A stretch of 64,000 nt of DNA from Balneolales bacterium (GCA_007132495.1 SLOL01000057.1:28994-92993), one strand, 5' to 3'; positions 29,524 through 39,838 are shown, counted from the first letter of the stretch. Program-made: numbers and translations. The notes: generated by a model not told the origin, from the letters alone.

Positions 29524-30093
29524 ATGGCAAGACTGACCAGGGAGGAGATACAAAAGCAACAGGATTTCAACGATGAAATCCTGCCGCATCTTGACGCGAT
29601 CTATAATTTTGCCCTGAAACTCACAGGAAATGAAAATGATGCCGAAGATCTGGTGCAGGATACCATAGTCAAGGCCTTCCGTTTTTTCAGCAGCTACGAG
29701 AAAGGCACCAATGCCAAAGGGTGGTTGTTTCGCATCATGAAAAACTCCTATATAAACAGCTACAGAAAGTCTGCCAGGCAACCGCCCAGTGTCGATTATG
29801 ATGAGATCGAACCCTATTACGAAACGATTCGCAGTGAACAGTCGAATACCACGGACCTTGAGTCCAATATGTACGGGGAGATGATGGGAGACAACATTTC
29901 TGCAGCCTTAAGCAAATTACCGGAAGATTTCCGAACCGTTGTGCTGTTATGTGACGTCGAGGGTTTCAGCTATGAAGAGGTCTCCAACATGATGGATGTA
30001 CCCATCGGAACGATACGGTCGCGCCTCCACCGGGGCCGGGGTCTTTTGAAAGTGGAACTGGCTGAATATGCCTCCAAATACGGCTTTAATTGA
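29524..30093 (+). CDS. RNA polymerase sigma-70 family ECF sigma factor
   Basis: Region 2 DAEDLVQDTIVKAF and region 4 FRTVVLLCDVEGFSYEEVSNMMDVPIGTIRSRLHRGR. The start is ambiguous (ATG 29524 or GTG 29506). No adjacent anti-sigma gene. Confidence 0.8.
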   Translation: MARLTREEIQKQQDFNDEILPHLDAIYNFALKLTGNENDAEDLVQDTIVKAFRFFSSYEKGTNAKGWLFRIMKNSYINSYRKSARQPPSVDYDEIEPYYETIRSEQSNTTDLESNMYGEMMGDNISAALSKLPEDFRTVVLLCDVEGFSYEEVSNMMDVPIGTIRSRLHRGRGLLKVELAEYASKYGFN

Positions 30094-30170
30094 CCTCGCG
30101 GATGCAGTTTTCAGCGCGTCCGGCCTTTATTCATGCATTCCGTCTGAATCTCACACATCCGGCCCTGATT

Positions 30171-31544
30171 CTAAAGCGCCCGGCCCTGATTCTCCACAAC
30201 GGTTTCATGAACTCCATTACCGTTGATTCCACTACCCTGTTTGTCGTGTTCACCGGCCATCGGGAGCATTAAGCGGAAGGTTGTACCTTCGCCGGGCACC
30301 GATTTGTGGATAAAAATTTTACCTTGATGATACTCCTCTACAATACGGCGGGTCAGACTCAATCCCAAACCCCAACCCCTTTTTTTGGTGCTGTAGCCCG
30401 GATTGAAGATTTCACTGCGGTATTTTTTTTCTATCCCCTTCCCGGTATCATTGACATCAATTACATAATAGCCATTATGCTCATAGGCCTCCACATGCAC
30501 CCTTGCCTCACTGCTGTTTTTATCAATAGCATCCAGTGAATTCTTCAGTAAATTCTCCAGTGCCCAGGCAAACAGCTCCGGGTTGAGGGGAATTTTTTTA
30601 TCAGACCGGATATCCATGGTCAGCGTGACGTGCTTGCCGATCTGTGGCATGCGCCGTTCAAGATATTCCAGTACCTGGCGGATAATTGATCCCGGCCTTT
30701 TCGGTCTCAATTCCGGGATGGAGCCGATTTTATTAAAACGCTCCGCCACGGTCTGCATACGTTGCACATCATTGGAGATCTCGTGGGCTATCTGCAAAGT
30801 CTCACCGTCACTGTCCTGCTCCTTGAGCAGTGCAATCCACCCATATAAACTGGACAGCGGAGTCCCCAGCTGATGGGCGGCCTCTCTCGCCATACCCACC
30901 CAGAGATTGGACTGTTCCGTCCGCTTAATACTGCTCAGACTCAGATACCCCATACCCAAAAACAGGGCCAGCAATCCGAACTGAATATAAGGGAAGTACT
31001 TCAATGTCCGGATAATACCACTGTCGCCGTAATAGATATACTGCTCCTGGGTCATGTCGCCACTTCCCAGTTCAATCCGGATCGGATCATTTAACATGGC
31101 ATATTCAGCTATGATCCCCTCATCAAGTGTCCGGTTGCCCGTGTTTCTGGAGTGAAGGATCTCACGGTCTTCGTTAACCACAACAGATGGTATTTCAAAC
31201 CGGTTTTTAATGATCAGTTCGGAAGCTACAAAATCCAGTGAGGAGTTTGACAGATCGGCTTCCGCCCTTTGAAGCGTGTTGATCCAGCGACTTCGTTGAA
31301 TATCCGGGATATTGTCATTAACCGATATATCGGTTACAATACGCTGAAGCTGATCCCGTGTATCCTGATAATGCGGTTTGCTGTTGTATTCCATAGCCCG
31401 CGCCCACAGCTCAATACTGGAGCGCTCTTTTTCCCGGATCTTCTCAATGAGGTATTGCGTGTAGACGAACGATCCAGCAGCCATTATCAACAGCAGGAAA
31501 ACCAGTGTTCCCTTAATCCGGTTTGAAGTGGCATTGAATAACAT
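30171..31544 (-). CDS. Sensor histidine kinase (HisKA + HATPase_c), no adjacent response regulator
   Basis: Two TM helices flank a sensor domain. H-box AREAAHQLGTPLSSL, then N, G1 (DTGKGI) and G2 (GWGLGL) boxes. Confidence 0.85.
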   Translation of the reverse strand: MLFNATSNRIKGTLVFLLLIMAAGSFVYTQYLIEKIREKERSSIELWARAMEYNSKPHYQDTRDQLQRIVTDISVNDNIPDIQRSRWINTLQRAEADLSNSSLDFVASELIIKNRFEIPSVVVNEDREILHSRNTGNRTLDEGIIAEYAMLNDPIRIELGSGDMTQEQYIYYGDSGIIRTLKYFPYIQFGLLALFLGMGYLSLSSIKRTEQSNLWVGMAREAAHQLGTPLSSLYGWIALLKEQDSDGETLQIAHEISNDVQRMQTVAERFNKIGSIPELRPKRPGSIIRQVLEYLERRMPQIGKHVTLTMDIRSDKKIPLNPELFAWALENLLKNSLDAIDKNSSEARVHVEAYEHNGYYVIDVNDTGKGIEKKYRSEIFNPGYSTKKRGWGLGLSLTRRIVEEYHQGKIFIHKSVPGEGTTFRLMLPMAGEHDKQGSGINGNGVHETVVENQGRAL

Positions 31545-31561
31545 GGCATTATGGCATTGGT

Positions 31562-31610
31562 ACAGATTTCAGAGTACAGATTTCAGAAAACAGAGTACAG
31601 AATTCAGAAG
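31562..31610. repeat. Seven consecutive heptanucleotides of form NCAGANN (also readable as three copies of GTACAGAWTTCAGA)
   Basis: Direct reading gives acagatt tcagagt acagatt tcagaaa acagagt acagaat tcagaag. It lies in the 89-nt spacer between the clpX stop and the histidine kinase start. Confidence 0.9.
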
Positions 31611-31633
31611 CCGATGTTCAAAAGCCCTTACCT

Positions 31634-32875
31634 TTATGCCGAAGCCTTTCGCTTCTTATAAACCGGTGGAGCCATCGATGCAATGGTTTCTTTGGTTATT
31701 ATGCAACGCTCGACATTCTTCATGGTCGGCAGGGTAAACATAATATCGAGCATGGACCGCTCCATGATCGATCGCAGTCCCCGGGCCCCGGTTTTTCGTT
31801 TCATGGCCTGCCGTACCACCTCTTTCAACGCCTCTTCCTCAAATTCAAGCTCAACGCCTTCCATCCGGAACAGCTTTTTGTACTGTTTGATAATCGCATT
31901 CTTCGGCTTGAGCAGAATATTGATCATCGCTTCTTCGGAAAGCTCGTGCAAGCCGGATATGATCGGCAGCCGACCGATCAACTCGGGGATGAGGCCGTAT
32001 TTCTGAAGATCCTCCGGCTCGACATGCGTAAAGATCAGGGGATCATCCTTATCGTATTTGTCCTGATAATCGGCAGTGAATCCCATGCTGGATGTGGACA
32101 ACCTTCTGGATATGATATCATTCAATCCTTCGAAAGCACCTCCGCATACAAACAGGATATTCTTGGTGTTGACGGTGATAAAACTTTGCTCGGGATGCTT
32201 GCGTCCACCTTTCGGAGGGACATTGGCCGTCGTTCCTTCCAGGATCTTAAGCAGGGCCTGCTGTACCCCTTCACCGGAAACATCCCGGGTGATGGACGGA
32301 TTGTCCCCTCTCCGGGCCACCTTGTCTACTTCGTCGATGTAGACAATTCCCCGTTCGGCCTTTTCCACATCATAATCGGCCGCCTGCAGCAAATTGGACA
32401 GAATGCTCTCCACATCCTCGCCGACATAACCGGCCTCGGTCAGGGCTGTGGCATCGGCGATACTGAATGGCACATCCAGGATCCCGGCCAGCGTTCGCGC
32501 CAACAGGGTTTTTCCGGAGCCGGTCGGACCCAGGAGCACGATATTGCTCTTCTCTATCTCGGAATCGTCGTCGTCAAACTCCGGACTTGTAATCCGCTTG
32601 TAATGATTATAAACAGCCACCGAAAGGGTCTTCTTGGGCTCTTCCTGGTCAATGACGTACTCGTCCAGGTAAGCCTTGATTTCAACCGGCTTCAGATCAT
32701 TGCGAAAATCCTGTCCGCTCTTTTTGTCTTCCGAAAGATCGTTTTTAACAATACCGGATGCATCCGTAATACACTGATCACAGATGTAGACGTTTGGTCC
32801 GGCAACCATGCTGTTTACTTCGTGGCTGGATCTTCCGCAAAAAGAACAGCGTATTTTATCTTCTTGATCACTCAT
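31634..32875 (-). CDS. clpX: ATP-dependent Clp protease ATP-binding subunit ClpX
   Basis: N-terminal zinc finger CSFCGR...CDQC, Walker A GPTGSGKT, and synteny with clpP and tig. Confidence 0.95.
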   Translation of the reverse strand: MSDQEDKIRCSFCGRSSHEVNSMVAGPNVYICDQCITDASGIVKNDLSEDKKSGQDFRNDLKPVEIKAYLDEYVIDQEEPKKTLSVAVYNHYKRITSPEFDDDDSEIEKSNIVLLGPTGSGKTLLARTLAGILDVPFSIADATALTEAGYVGEDVESILSNLLQAADYDVEKAERGIVYIDEVDKVARRGDNPSITRDVSGEGVQQALLKILEGTTANVPPKGGRKHPEQSFITVNTKNILFVCGGAFEGLNDIISRRLSTSSMGFTADYQDKYDKDDPLIFTHVEPEDLQKYGLIPELIGRLPIISGLHELSEEAMINILLKPKNAIIKQYKKLFRMEGVELEFEEEALKEVVRQAMKRKTGARGLRSIMERSMLDIMFTLPTMKNVERCIITKETIASMAPPVYKKRKASA

Positions 32876-32903
32876 ATGGTTACGAAGCTGGTATGATTAA
32901 CGA

Positions 32904-33557
32904 TTATTTCTTTTTCTCTGAACGTTCAAGGACCTTGTCAACAAGTCCATATTCCAACGACTCCCTGGCGTCCATCCATTTATTCCGATCCGAATCGGCT
33001 ATGATCTCCTCTTTCGACTTTTTCGTATGCCGGGCAATGATCTCGCCCAGAGTCTGCTTGATTCGGATGATTTCCCGCGCTTCGATCTCAATATCACTGG
33101 CCTGTCCCTGGGTTCCACCCAGCGGCTGATGAATCATAACCCGCGAATGAGGAAGGAGCGTACGCTTGCCGGGAGTTCCGGCAGCAAGCAGGACCGCACC
33201 CATGGAGGCGGCCATTCCCATGCAAATGGTGGATACATTGCATCGCACATGCTGCATGGTATCATAGATCGCCAGTCCGGATGAGACTACGCCGCCGGGG
33301 CTGTTGATATACAGATTGATGTCCTTTTCCGGATCATCGGATTCCAGAAACAGCATTTGCGCAACAATACTGCTGGCAACAGCATCATTGATCGGGGTAC
33401 CCAGGATGATAATTCGATCCTTCAGTAGCCGGGAATAAATGTCGAATGCCCGCTCCCCGCGGCTTGTGGTCTCGATGACCATGGGGATCAGATTGCTTTG
33501 GGTAGCAGTGCTGCCAAAAGTTTCTTCGTCAAACAGGGGTTGTTTCCAATGATTCAT
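32904..33557 (-). CDS. clpP: ATP-dependent Clp protease proteolytic subunit ClpP
   Basis: [11 protein letters not shown] active-site Ser region and the RxxxHQP motif. The start overlaps the tig stop by 1 nt (TAATG). Confidence 0.95.
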   Translation of the reverse strand: MNHWKQPLFDEETFGSTATQSNLIPMVIETTSRGERAFDIYSRLLKDRIIILGTPINDAVASSIVAQMLFLESDDPEKDINLYINSPGGVVSSGLAIYDTMQHVRCNVSTICMGMAASMGAVLLAAGTPGKRTLLPHSRVMIHQPLGGTQGQASDIEIEAREIIRIKQTLGEIIARHTKKSKEEIIADSDRNKWMDARESLEYGLVDKVLERSEKKK

Positions 33558-34861
33558 TAGTCGCTCTTCTCGTTACGTTCTTTTTTCTTTTTTTCCTGAT
33601 ACGCCTCTTTGTCAAGTTCTTTTAACGTGACTTCGTTCACTATGCGATCAAAAAGTTTGTCGGTTCGAATATTCCGGCGCAGGTTTTCAAGCTGATCTCC
33701 CGATTGGGAATAGAAGTTCTTGACCATTTCCGTCGGCAGTCCATATCGTGCCGCCTCGGTTGCGAGCCGGTCGTCGATATCCTGTTCGGTTATTTCAATA
33801 TCATCATATTTCTTTTCGAATTCATCGATAATAAAAGCCCACCGGGCTTCCCGCAAGGCATCCTCTTTAATCGACTCCTTGTACTCCTCTTCATTAAAAT
33901 CATCCGGAAGCGCCTGACCCTGTTGTTGCTGCTTCATACGGTCCAGCATGGCATCCTGGAACCTGGACAGCACCACATCCGGCACCTCAATGTCGGGATG
34001 TGCCTCAAGCAGAGCTTCCATCACCTCCTGCTTGACCATATCACCGGCAACCTGATCAAAATAATTCTGAATCTGGCTCTTAATCTGGCTTCGGTACTCC
34101 TCTACACTTTCCACCTCTCCGTTGGTGGCCTCTTTGACAAACGCTTCATCCAGCTCGGGGATGTCAAGGTTCATGACTTTTTTTACCGTTAGCCGGAATT
34201 TTTCGGCGTCATCACCCTCTCCAAGCGTCACATCCACCGAGTCGCCTGTCTTTGCACCTTTCAAGGCCTCGCGAAACTCCTTGTTCTGTTCATCATTCAG
34301 ATCAATCTCCTTATCGGCATCCGTGTCATCCTCCTGAAGGTTCCCCTTGTCATCGACAGGCACGGCATCCACCGTCACCTTGCTGGTTTCTTCAACCGGC
34401 TTGTCACTCTCATTCCAGGTACCGGCACGCTTCAGACTCTGCTCCACTTCTTCGTCCACCTCCTCGTCGGTGACATCGTGAACCATCTTGTCGATTTCAA
34501 ACGTCGAAAGGTCCTTCAGTTCAATTTCCGGCTTTACACCTATTCCGATCTTCACCTCCAGCTCCCCGTCTTCCCACGACATATCCTCGAATACGGGTTC
34601 TCCGACCGGTTCGTACTTCGGTACAACTTCATCCCGGAACACTTCCTGAACATAGTTATTGATCTCTTCGGACTCTATCTCCTTTCCAAACCGCTTCTTT
34701 ACAATGGATACCGGAACCTGCCCCTGGCGGAATCCCGGCATGTTGATTTTTTTTCTATAGGACCGATACGCTTTCTCAAACCGGGGCTGCAATTCTTCTT
34801 TTGTTGCAGAGATGGTCAGAAGCTTATCCACTTTGCTTTTATCTTCAACAGAAATATTCAC
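33557..34861 (-). CDS. tig: Trigger factor
   Basis: N-terminal ribosome-binding region with GFRQGQVP, and the classic tig-clpP-clpX order. Confidence 0.9.
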   Translation of the reverse strand: MNISVEDKSKVDKLLTISATKEELQPRFEKAYRSYRKKINMPGFRQGQVPVSIVKKRFGKEIESEEINNYVQEVFRDEVVPKYEPVGEPVFEDMSWEDGELEVKIGIGVKPEIELKDLSTFEIDKMVHDVTDEEVDEEVEQSLKRAGTWNESDKPVEETSKVTVDAVPVDDKGNLQEDDTDADKEIDLNDEQNKEFREALKGAKTGDSVDVTLGEGDDAEKFRLTVKKVMNLDIPELDEAFVKEATNGEVESVEEYRSQIKSQIQNYFDQVAGDMVKQEVMEALLEAHPDIEVPDVVLSRFQDAMLDRMKQQQQGQALPDDFNEEEYKESIKEDALREARWAFIIDEFEKKYDDIEITEQDIDDRLATEAARYGLPTEMVKNFYSQSGDQLENLRRNIRTDKLFDRIVNEVTLKELDKEAYQEKKKKERNEKSD

Positions 34862-34959
34862 TTATATGGTTGTTTTTGATTCGTAATATTCAGATTGTCT
34901 ACCGACCGGGACGACACGGCAATACAGATGTCCCGGCCCCTTCGGCCGGATCCTGTCTG

Positions 34960-35041
34960 TACGAGAGGGGGGACTCGAACCCCCAAGCCTTTCGGCACTA
35001 GATCCTAAATCTAGCGTGTCTACCAATTTCACCACTCTCGC
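34960..35041 (-). tRNA. tRNA-Leu (anticodon UAG)
   Basis: Folded by hand. Acceptor GCGAGAG/CTCTCGT (G1-U72 wobble). D-arm GTG-AAATTGGTAGA-CAC. Anticodon stem CTAGA/TCTAG with loop TTTAGGA. Long variable arm. T-arm GGGGG-TTCGAGT-CCCCC. No CCA is encoded. Confidence 0.9.
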
Positions 35042-35252
35042 ATCACCTTTCGTTTTATGCAATCCGGCTGAACGAACATCCGGATACGGTATTATCAAGT
35101 TTGTCTTTGTTAGCCTTTTAATATACTGAAAACCACTGTTTTTATCAACGAAGCACATGGCGAATCATTTTGAGTCCGTCATCGTTTTTCTATTATGTAT
35201 GGATTGGTTATTTTTCTGAATCTTTCCTCGAAACAGATACACAAACGGGACT

Positions 35253-35570
35253 ATGAAGCACGTATTTGTTTATATCACCACGGCGGATAAAAAAGAAGCG
35301 TCTTCCATCAGTGAAACCATTATACAGGAGCGACTTGTGGCTTGTACAAATATCATTGAGGGCATGTCGGCATTATTCCGGTGGGAAAATGCCGTACAAA
35401 GCGAATCCGAAGTCATACTTGTAGCAAAAACAACCGCAAAAGCGTTTCCTGTTCTGGAAGAAAGAGTCAAAGAGTTGCACAGTTATGAGTGTCCGTGTAT
35501 TATAGCACTTCCCATAGCCATGGGTAACGCGGACTACCTGGCATGGATTGATGAAGAGGTCAGCAATTAA
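35253..35570 (+). CDS. cutA: Divalent-cation tolerance protein CutA
   Basis: 105 aa; VFVYITTADKKEA...LVACTNII...W..., a CutA1-like pattern. Confidence 0.8.
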   Translation: MKHVFVYITTADKKEASSISETIIQERLVACTNIIEGMSALFRWENAVQSESEVILVAKTTAKAFPVLEERVKELHSYECPCIIALPIAMGNADYLAWIDEEVSN

Positions 35571-35602
35571 ACCCGTATCCCGTAACCTAATTCCGGATTA
35601 TC

Positions 35603-36364
35603 GTGGCTGTAGTTGATGTAAAGAAGAAGAAACATATCTGCTGGGCCGAGGTCAACCGCCCGGAGTCCAAAAACGCCATCGACTTTGAAGTCATGGACCG
35701 GTTGGAACAGACTCTGGACGAGATCGAGAAAAACGGTGCTATCCGTGTTTTCATACTGAGCGGTGCCGGACACCAATATTTCGCGACACGCGGCAACATC
35801 AAAGCGTTCTCTCATCTGAAAACCAAAGAGGAGGGAAAAAAGATGGCCGGCCGTATGACCGCTATACTTGAACGGCTGGAAGAGAACCGGTTCTGGACCA
35901 TGGCCTGCATTAACGGAGAGGTATACGGAGGAGGCTGTGAGCTGCTGCTGGCCTTTGACTTTGCCATTGCCAGCAAGACGGCCACCTTCTCCTTTACACA
36001 GGCAAGCCTGGGACTACCGCCCGGCTGGGGCGGTGTGACCCGGCTGGTAGAGAGGGTAGGCCGCTCCCGCGCACTTGAGTGGCTTGGAAGCAACGTGATC
36101 ATCAGTTCCGACGATGCATTGCAAACAGGCCTGATCAACAAGCAATCCATAACCTCGGAACTCCGCAGAAACACCTGGGAATGGGCATTGAAGCTGTCGC
36201 GGGTGGATCCGGATCTTATCCAGGAGCTGAAAACCGGTACGAAAAAGGCTCTTTATTTGCCCCGTGATGAGTCGCTGCAACGGGAGCTGGATCAGTTTGC
36301 ACAGTTCTGGGCAACCCCGCAGCACCATGAGAAAGTGGCTGATTTTCTGGAGTCACGGAAATAA
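35603..36364 (+). CDS. Enoyl-CoA hydratase/isomerase family protein
   Basis: Crotonase-fold motifs NRPESKNAI, ACINGEVYGGGCELLLAFDF and GLPPGWGG. GTG start. Confidence 0.8.
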   Translation: MAVVDVKKKKHICWAEVNRPESKNAIDFEVMDRLEQTLDEIEKNGAIRVFILSGAGHQYFATRGNIKAFSHLKTKEEGKKMAGRMTAILERLEENRFWTMACINGEVYGGGCELLLAFDFAIASKTATFSFTQASLGLPPGWGGVTRLVERVGRSRALEWLGSNVIISSDDALQTGLINKQSITSELRRNTWEWALKLSRVDPDLIQELKTGTKKALYLPRDESLQRELDQFAQFWATPQHHEKVADFLESRK

Positions 36365-36390
36365 CCATGGCAAGTGTGCTGCACGACCGG

Positions 36391-37362
36391 CTAATTGCCA
36401 AGTACTGATCCGATCTCGGCAACCACCATTTCAACGGCATCCGTCATCGGACCGTCATGCCAGGATCCGGCCGCATTGAAATGCCCTCCGCCATTGAACT
36501 TTCTGGCCACCTGATTGAGATCCACTTTCGACTTTCCCCTGAGACTGATTTTGATACGGTCATCCCGTTCATAGAACATCACCGATACGAGTACACTGCT
36601 GATACTCAATGGATAATTGACAAAACCTTCAAGGTCATTGTGGGTGCAACCGGTTTCGGCGAGCATTTGTTCTGTTGCCCGCACTACCGCCAGCCTGTCA
36701 TCACAGTAAAGACGGATATCGTCCAGCACCTTTCCGAGTAGTTTGAACTGGGCCAGACTTTTATCATCATAAATCCGTGCAAAAACTTCACTGGGGCGGA
36801 TGCCCCCTCTTTTTATGATATCACCGATGGCAAAATGAGTTTCGGCGGTCACCGAATCAAAGCGAAACGATCCGGTGTCAGTGACGATGCCGCAATAAAG
36901 AGCCTCGGCCACCTTCCTGTCAATCTGCTCCGGTCCCGTAACCTCAAAAAGTTTATATACCAGCCAGGCTGTGGAACTGGCTTCCGAATCCCACAACATC
37001 CCGGTAAAAAAATCCTTTGGGGGATCCAGATGGTGATCTATCAGGTACACCGGCTTATCCGTTTCAAGAAAATATTCCGCCATCGCCCCGAATCGTGACG
37101 GGTGATTCCCGTCCACTAACAAATAGGCATCACATTCATCGAGCAGCTCTTGGGTCGGGACCTGAATCCGATCCTGATGTTCCATCCATGACAGATTGTC
37201 CGGTACTTCGTCGTCATTAAACAGTGCGGCATCGATCCCTTTATTGCGAAACCAGCTGTACAAAGCCAACTGGGACCCGATCGCATCACCATCCGGACTG
37301 ACATGACTGACCAATCCCACTCTGTTGTACTTTGACAACGCTTCTGCGAATTTCTTTACCAT
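36391..37362 (-). CDS. nrnA: DHH family phosphoesterase (NrnA-like bifunctional oligoribonuclease/PAP phosphatase)
   Basis: HVSPDGDAIGS, IDHH and the DHHA1 motif GGGH. Confidence 0.8.
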   Translation of the reverse strand: MVKKFAEALSKYNRVGLVSHVSPDGDAIGSQLALYSWFRNKGIDAALFNDDEVPDNLSWMEHQDRIQVPTQELLDECDAYLLVDGNHPSRFGAMAEYFLETDKPVYLIDHHLDPPKDFFTGMLWDSEASSTAWLVYKLFEVTGPEQIDRKVAEALYCGIVTDTGSFRFDSVTAETHFAIGDIIKRGGIRPSEVFARIYDDKSLAQFKLLGKVLDDIRLYCDDRLAVVRATEQMLAETGCTHNDLEGFVNYPLSISSVLVSVMFYERDDRIKISLRGKSKVDLNQVARKFNGGGHFNAAGSWHDGPMTDAVEMVVAEIGSVLGN

Positions 37363-37452
37363 CCTGTTTTATTTTGGTATCTGATGTTTCACCTGCATAT
37401 TATCCCCTTTTCTGTCATCTTTTCAAAACTTCATTAACAATCCGTTATCGGC

Positions 37453-38085
37453 ATGCGAACGCTGATCCTGGCAAATGGAAACAGGCCGTCGAAAAAACTG
37501 CTTGAAAACTTGAGAGCAAGGTGCAGCTATTTTGTTGCCGCCGATGGTGGAGGTAATTGTGCTACAGAACTTGGCTTCCGACCCGATATTGTCCTCGGCG
37601 ACCTGGACAGCTTCCGGTATGCCGACTCTTACGATGGCAGAATTCTACGCGATGAAGACCAGGAAACCAATGATCTGGAAAAAGCCCTTCATCATGTTCT
37701 TCAACAAAAGGCCGTCCGGGTGGATGTCCTGGGCGCCACCGGCCGCCGGCTTGATCACACCCTGAAAAACCTGTCTGTCATGCAGCAGTTCCATACCCGG
37801 TTCGATCAGCTTGTATTCTATGATGACGTGTTCTACACCCGCATTCTTCCACAGGATTACACCCTGTCCCTTCCAGCAAGTCATACGGTTTCTCTCTTTC
37901 CTCTGTCCGGGAAGGTGACCGGCATCACTACCGAAGGACTCAAATATCCGCTCGATAACGAATCGCTGGTGAACGGACGCCGGGACGGATCTTCGAACGA
38001 AACCATTTCCGGCACCATACGCATCCGGCACCGTTCCGGTTCTCTGCTCTTAATGACCGGACTCACCGATAAACTGCTCGATTGA
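37453..38085 (+). CDS. Thiamine diphosphokinase
   Basis: ILANG...VAADGGGN...PDIVLGDLDS motif pattern, and a C-terminal thiamine-binding domain of the right size (210 aa). Confidence 0.8.
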   Translation: MRTLILANGNRPSKKLLENLRARCSYFVAADGGGNCATELGFRPDIVLGDLDSFRYADSYDGRILRDEDQETNDLEKALHHVLQQKAVRVDVLGATGRRLDHTLKNLSVMQQFHTRFDQLVFYDDVFYTRILPQDYTLSLPASHTVSLFPLSGKVTGITTEGLKYPLDNESLVNGRRDGSSNETISGTIRIRHRSGSLLLMTGLTDKLLD

Positions 38086-39525
38086 ATGGGACCCCTGCAC
38101 TGGATAGACGGATTCATCATTGTCTGCTACTTCCTGCTGCTGATCGTCATCAGTTTCTACAAACGTAACAAGAACGAGACAGAAAGCAGCTATCTGTTAT
38201 CCGGCCGGACGCTTTCCCTTCCCGCTTTCGTTGCCACACTGGTCTCAACATGGTATGGTGGCATCCTCGGTGTTGGAGAATACAGCTATCAATTCGGTAT
38301 CTCCCAGTGGGTGATTTTCGGTTTACCCTATTACCTCTTTGCCACACTGTTTGCCATTTACCTGGCCGGCCGAATTCGAGAAAATAAGGCCCTCACCATC
38401 CCCGAGGCTCTTGAAAACGCTTACTCTTCACGTACGGGAACCGTTTCCGCGGTAATTATTTTTTTACTGGTGAGTCCGGCTCCCTATATCCTGATGCTCG
38501 GTATGCTTTTCCGTTTTTTCACCGGGTCGGAAACCCATGTCGTCCTCTTCGCCGTTGCCATCGCTCTGTTTTCACTCTTTTATGTCAGCATCTCGGGATT
38601 TCGTGCCGTTACCCGTACCGACGTACTGCAGGTGGTGCTGATGTATTCCGGTTTCGCCCTGCTGCTTGTCATGGCCATTCAGACAGCGGGATCGCCGATA
38701 CAGATCTGGAGTCAACTGTCGGATGTACACCGTGATCCGCTTGGCGGTCACAGCATCCAGTATCTGCTTGTCTGGTTTTTTATTGCACTCTGGACATTTG
38801 TGGATCCCGCTTTTCACCAGCGAGCTGCCGCCGCAAAGTCCCCCGCAACGGCACAAAAAGGGATCTTTTTATCGATCGGCTTCTGGTTTCTTTTCGACAT
38901 TTTCACTGTAATGGCGGGTCTATACGGTTTCATCATCCTTGGTGAACTGGAACAACCGATGCTGGTATATCCGGAACTGGGTGCCTATCTGTTGCCGGCG
39001 GGACTCGCCGGACTCTTTTTCCTTACCTTGCTGGCCACCATCATGTCCACCCTCGACAGCTATCTGTTTTTGTCCGGCCAGACGCTCGGACGCGATCTGA
39101 TCGCCAAATATCGGGGCCGGGAAAAAAGCGTCTATTTCACCCGGTGGGGTATGTTTGTTTCGGTAGTATTTGGCATTCTTCTTATCATGATTTATCCGAG
39201 TGTCATTGCGCTCTGGTATGTTATCGGTTCGGTACTTATACCGGGTCTGCTCTTTCCCGTTCTCGGGGTTTATTTGCCGTTATTCCGGTTCCACCCCTCT
39301 TTTGCAATCTGGGTTCTGGTCGTGCCTTGTGTCGTTTCCATCACCTGGCTCGGACTGGGCACGATCACCGGCGAAAGCTTGTATAACTATGCTTATTGGG
39401 GATGGGAGCCTTTTTATCCGGGACTGTTTGCCGCCGTCATCATCTGGTGGGCGGGGAAAATGTGGTTGGCAGGAAAAAGTAATTGGCGGGGAAACCGTAC
39501 CGGGCGGGAAAAAACAGCCCGATAG
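38086..39525 (+). CDS. Sodium:solute symporter family transporter
   Basis: About 13 TM helices and an SSF N-terminal signature (YLLSGRTLSLPAFVATLVSTWYGG). The ATG directly abuts the TGA of the thiamine diphosphokinase gene (TGAATG). Confidence 0.8.
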   Translation: MGPLHWIDGFIIVCYFLLLIVISFYKRNKNETESSYLLSGRTLSLPAFVATLVSTWYGGILGVGEYSYQFGISQWVIFGLPYYLFATLFAIYLAGRIRENKALTIPEALENAYSSRTGTVSAVIIFLLVSPAPYILMLGMLFRFFTGSETHVVLFAVAIALFSLFYVSISGFRAVTRTDVLQVVLMYSGFALLLVMAIQTAGSPIQIWSQLSDVHRDPLGGHSIQYLLVWFFIALWTFVDPAFHQRAAAAKSPATAQKGIFLSIGFWFLFDIFTVMAGLYGFIILGELEQPMLVYPELGAYLLPAGLAGLFFLTLLATIMSTLDSYLFLSGQTLGRDLIAKYRGREKSVYFTRWGMFVSVVFGILLIMIYPSVIALWYVIGSVLIPGLLFPVLGVYLPLFRFHPSFAIWVLVVPCVVSITWLGLGTITGESLYNYAYWGWEPFYPGLFAAVIIWWAGKMWLAGKSNWRGNRTGREKTAR

Positions 39526-39527
39526 AG

Positions 39528-39809
39528 CTACTCCATGTTTTTGAGAAGATGAGAGAGATTCAGTTTATGAATCGGAATCAGATATTTGATCTCGAATGCG
39601 TCTTTGTGGATGCCATACTCTCCGGTTCCACGAAAATCCACGATGCAAAAACGATCTACCACTTTGAGCACTTCCCCGATACCGTAAAACTCCGGGCAAG
39701 GTCCGTAGTACACCAGGTCACCGGTATTCAGCTCATTGACGGCACGTCGATGAAACGGCAGAATAACCGGCAATCGGTCAAATCGATATGGTAATCTTTT
39801 GGTTTCCAT
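39528..39809 (-). CDS. Hypothetical protein
   Basis: 93-aa ORF co-directional with tsaE and 29 nt downstream of it. No motif recognised. Confidence 0.45.
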   Translation of the reverse strand: METKRLPYRFDRLPVILPFHRRAVNELNTGDLVYYGPCPEFYGIGEVLKVVDRFCIVDFRGTGEYGIHKDAFEIKYLIPIHKLNLSHLLKNME

Positions 39810-39838
39810 TGCTAAAAAGAATGCACAAAATACAAAAA

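Noticed and set aside
30090-30272. 60-aa plus-strand ORF just after the ECF sigma gene, considered as a possible anti-sigma factor
   Set aside because: It has a TTG start overlapping the sigma stop and no zf-HC2 or TM features. Most of it overlaps the 3' end of the convergent histidine kinase CDS.
31946-32896. 316-aa plus-strand ORF fully antisense to clpX
   Set aside because: It lies entirely inside the strongly supported clpX CDS on the opposite strand. Its translation has no recognisable motifs and a skewed composition. Long antisense ORFs opposite conserved genes are a known codon-bias artefact.
34933-34949. GC hairpin CCGGCC-CCTTC-GGCCGG between tRNA-Leu and tig, considered as a terminator
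   Set aside because: No U-tract follows on the minus strand. It may be a processing or structural element, but there is not enough evidence to annotate it.
37363-37452. Looked for a TPP riboswitch upstream of the thiamine diphosphokinase gene
   Set aside because: There is no CTGAGA or ACCTGA...CCAGCG core, and 90 nt is too short.
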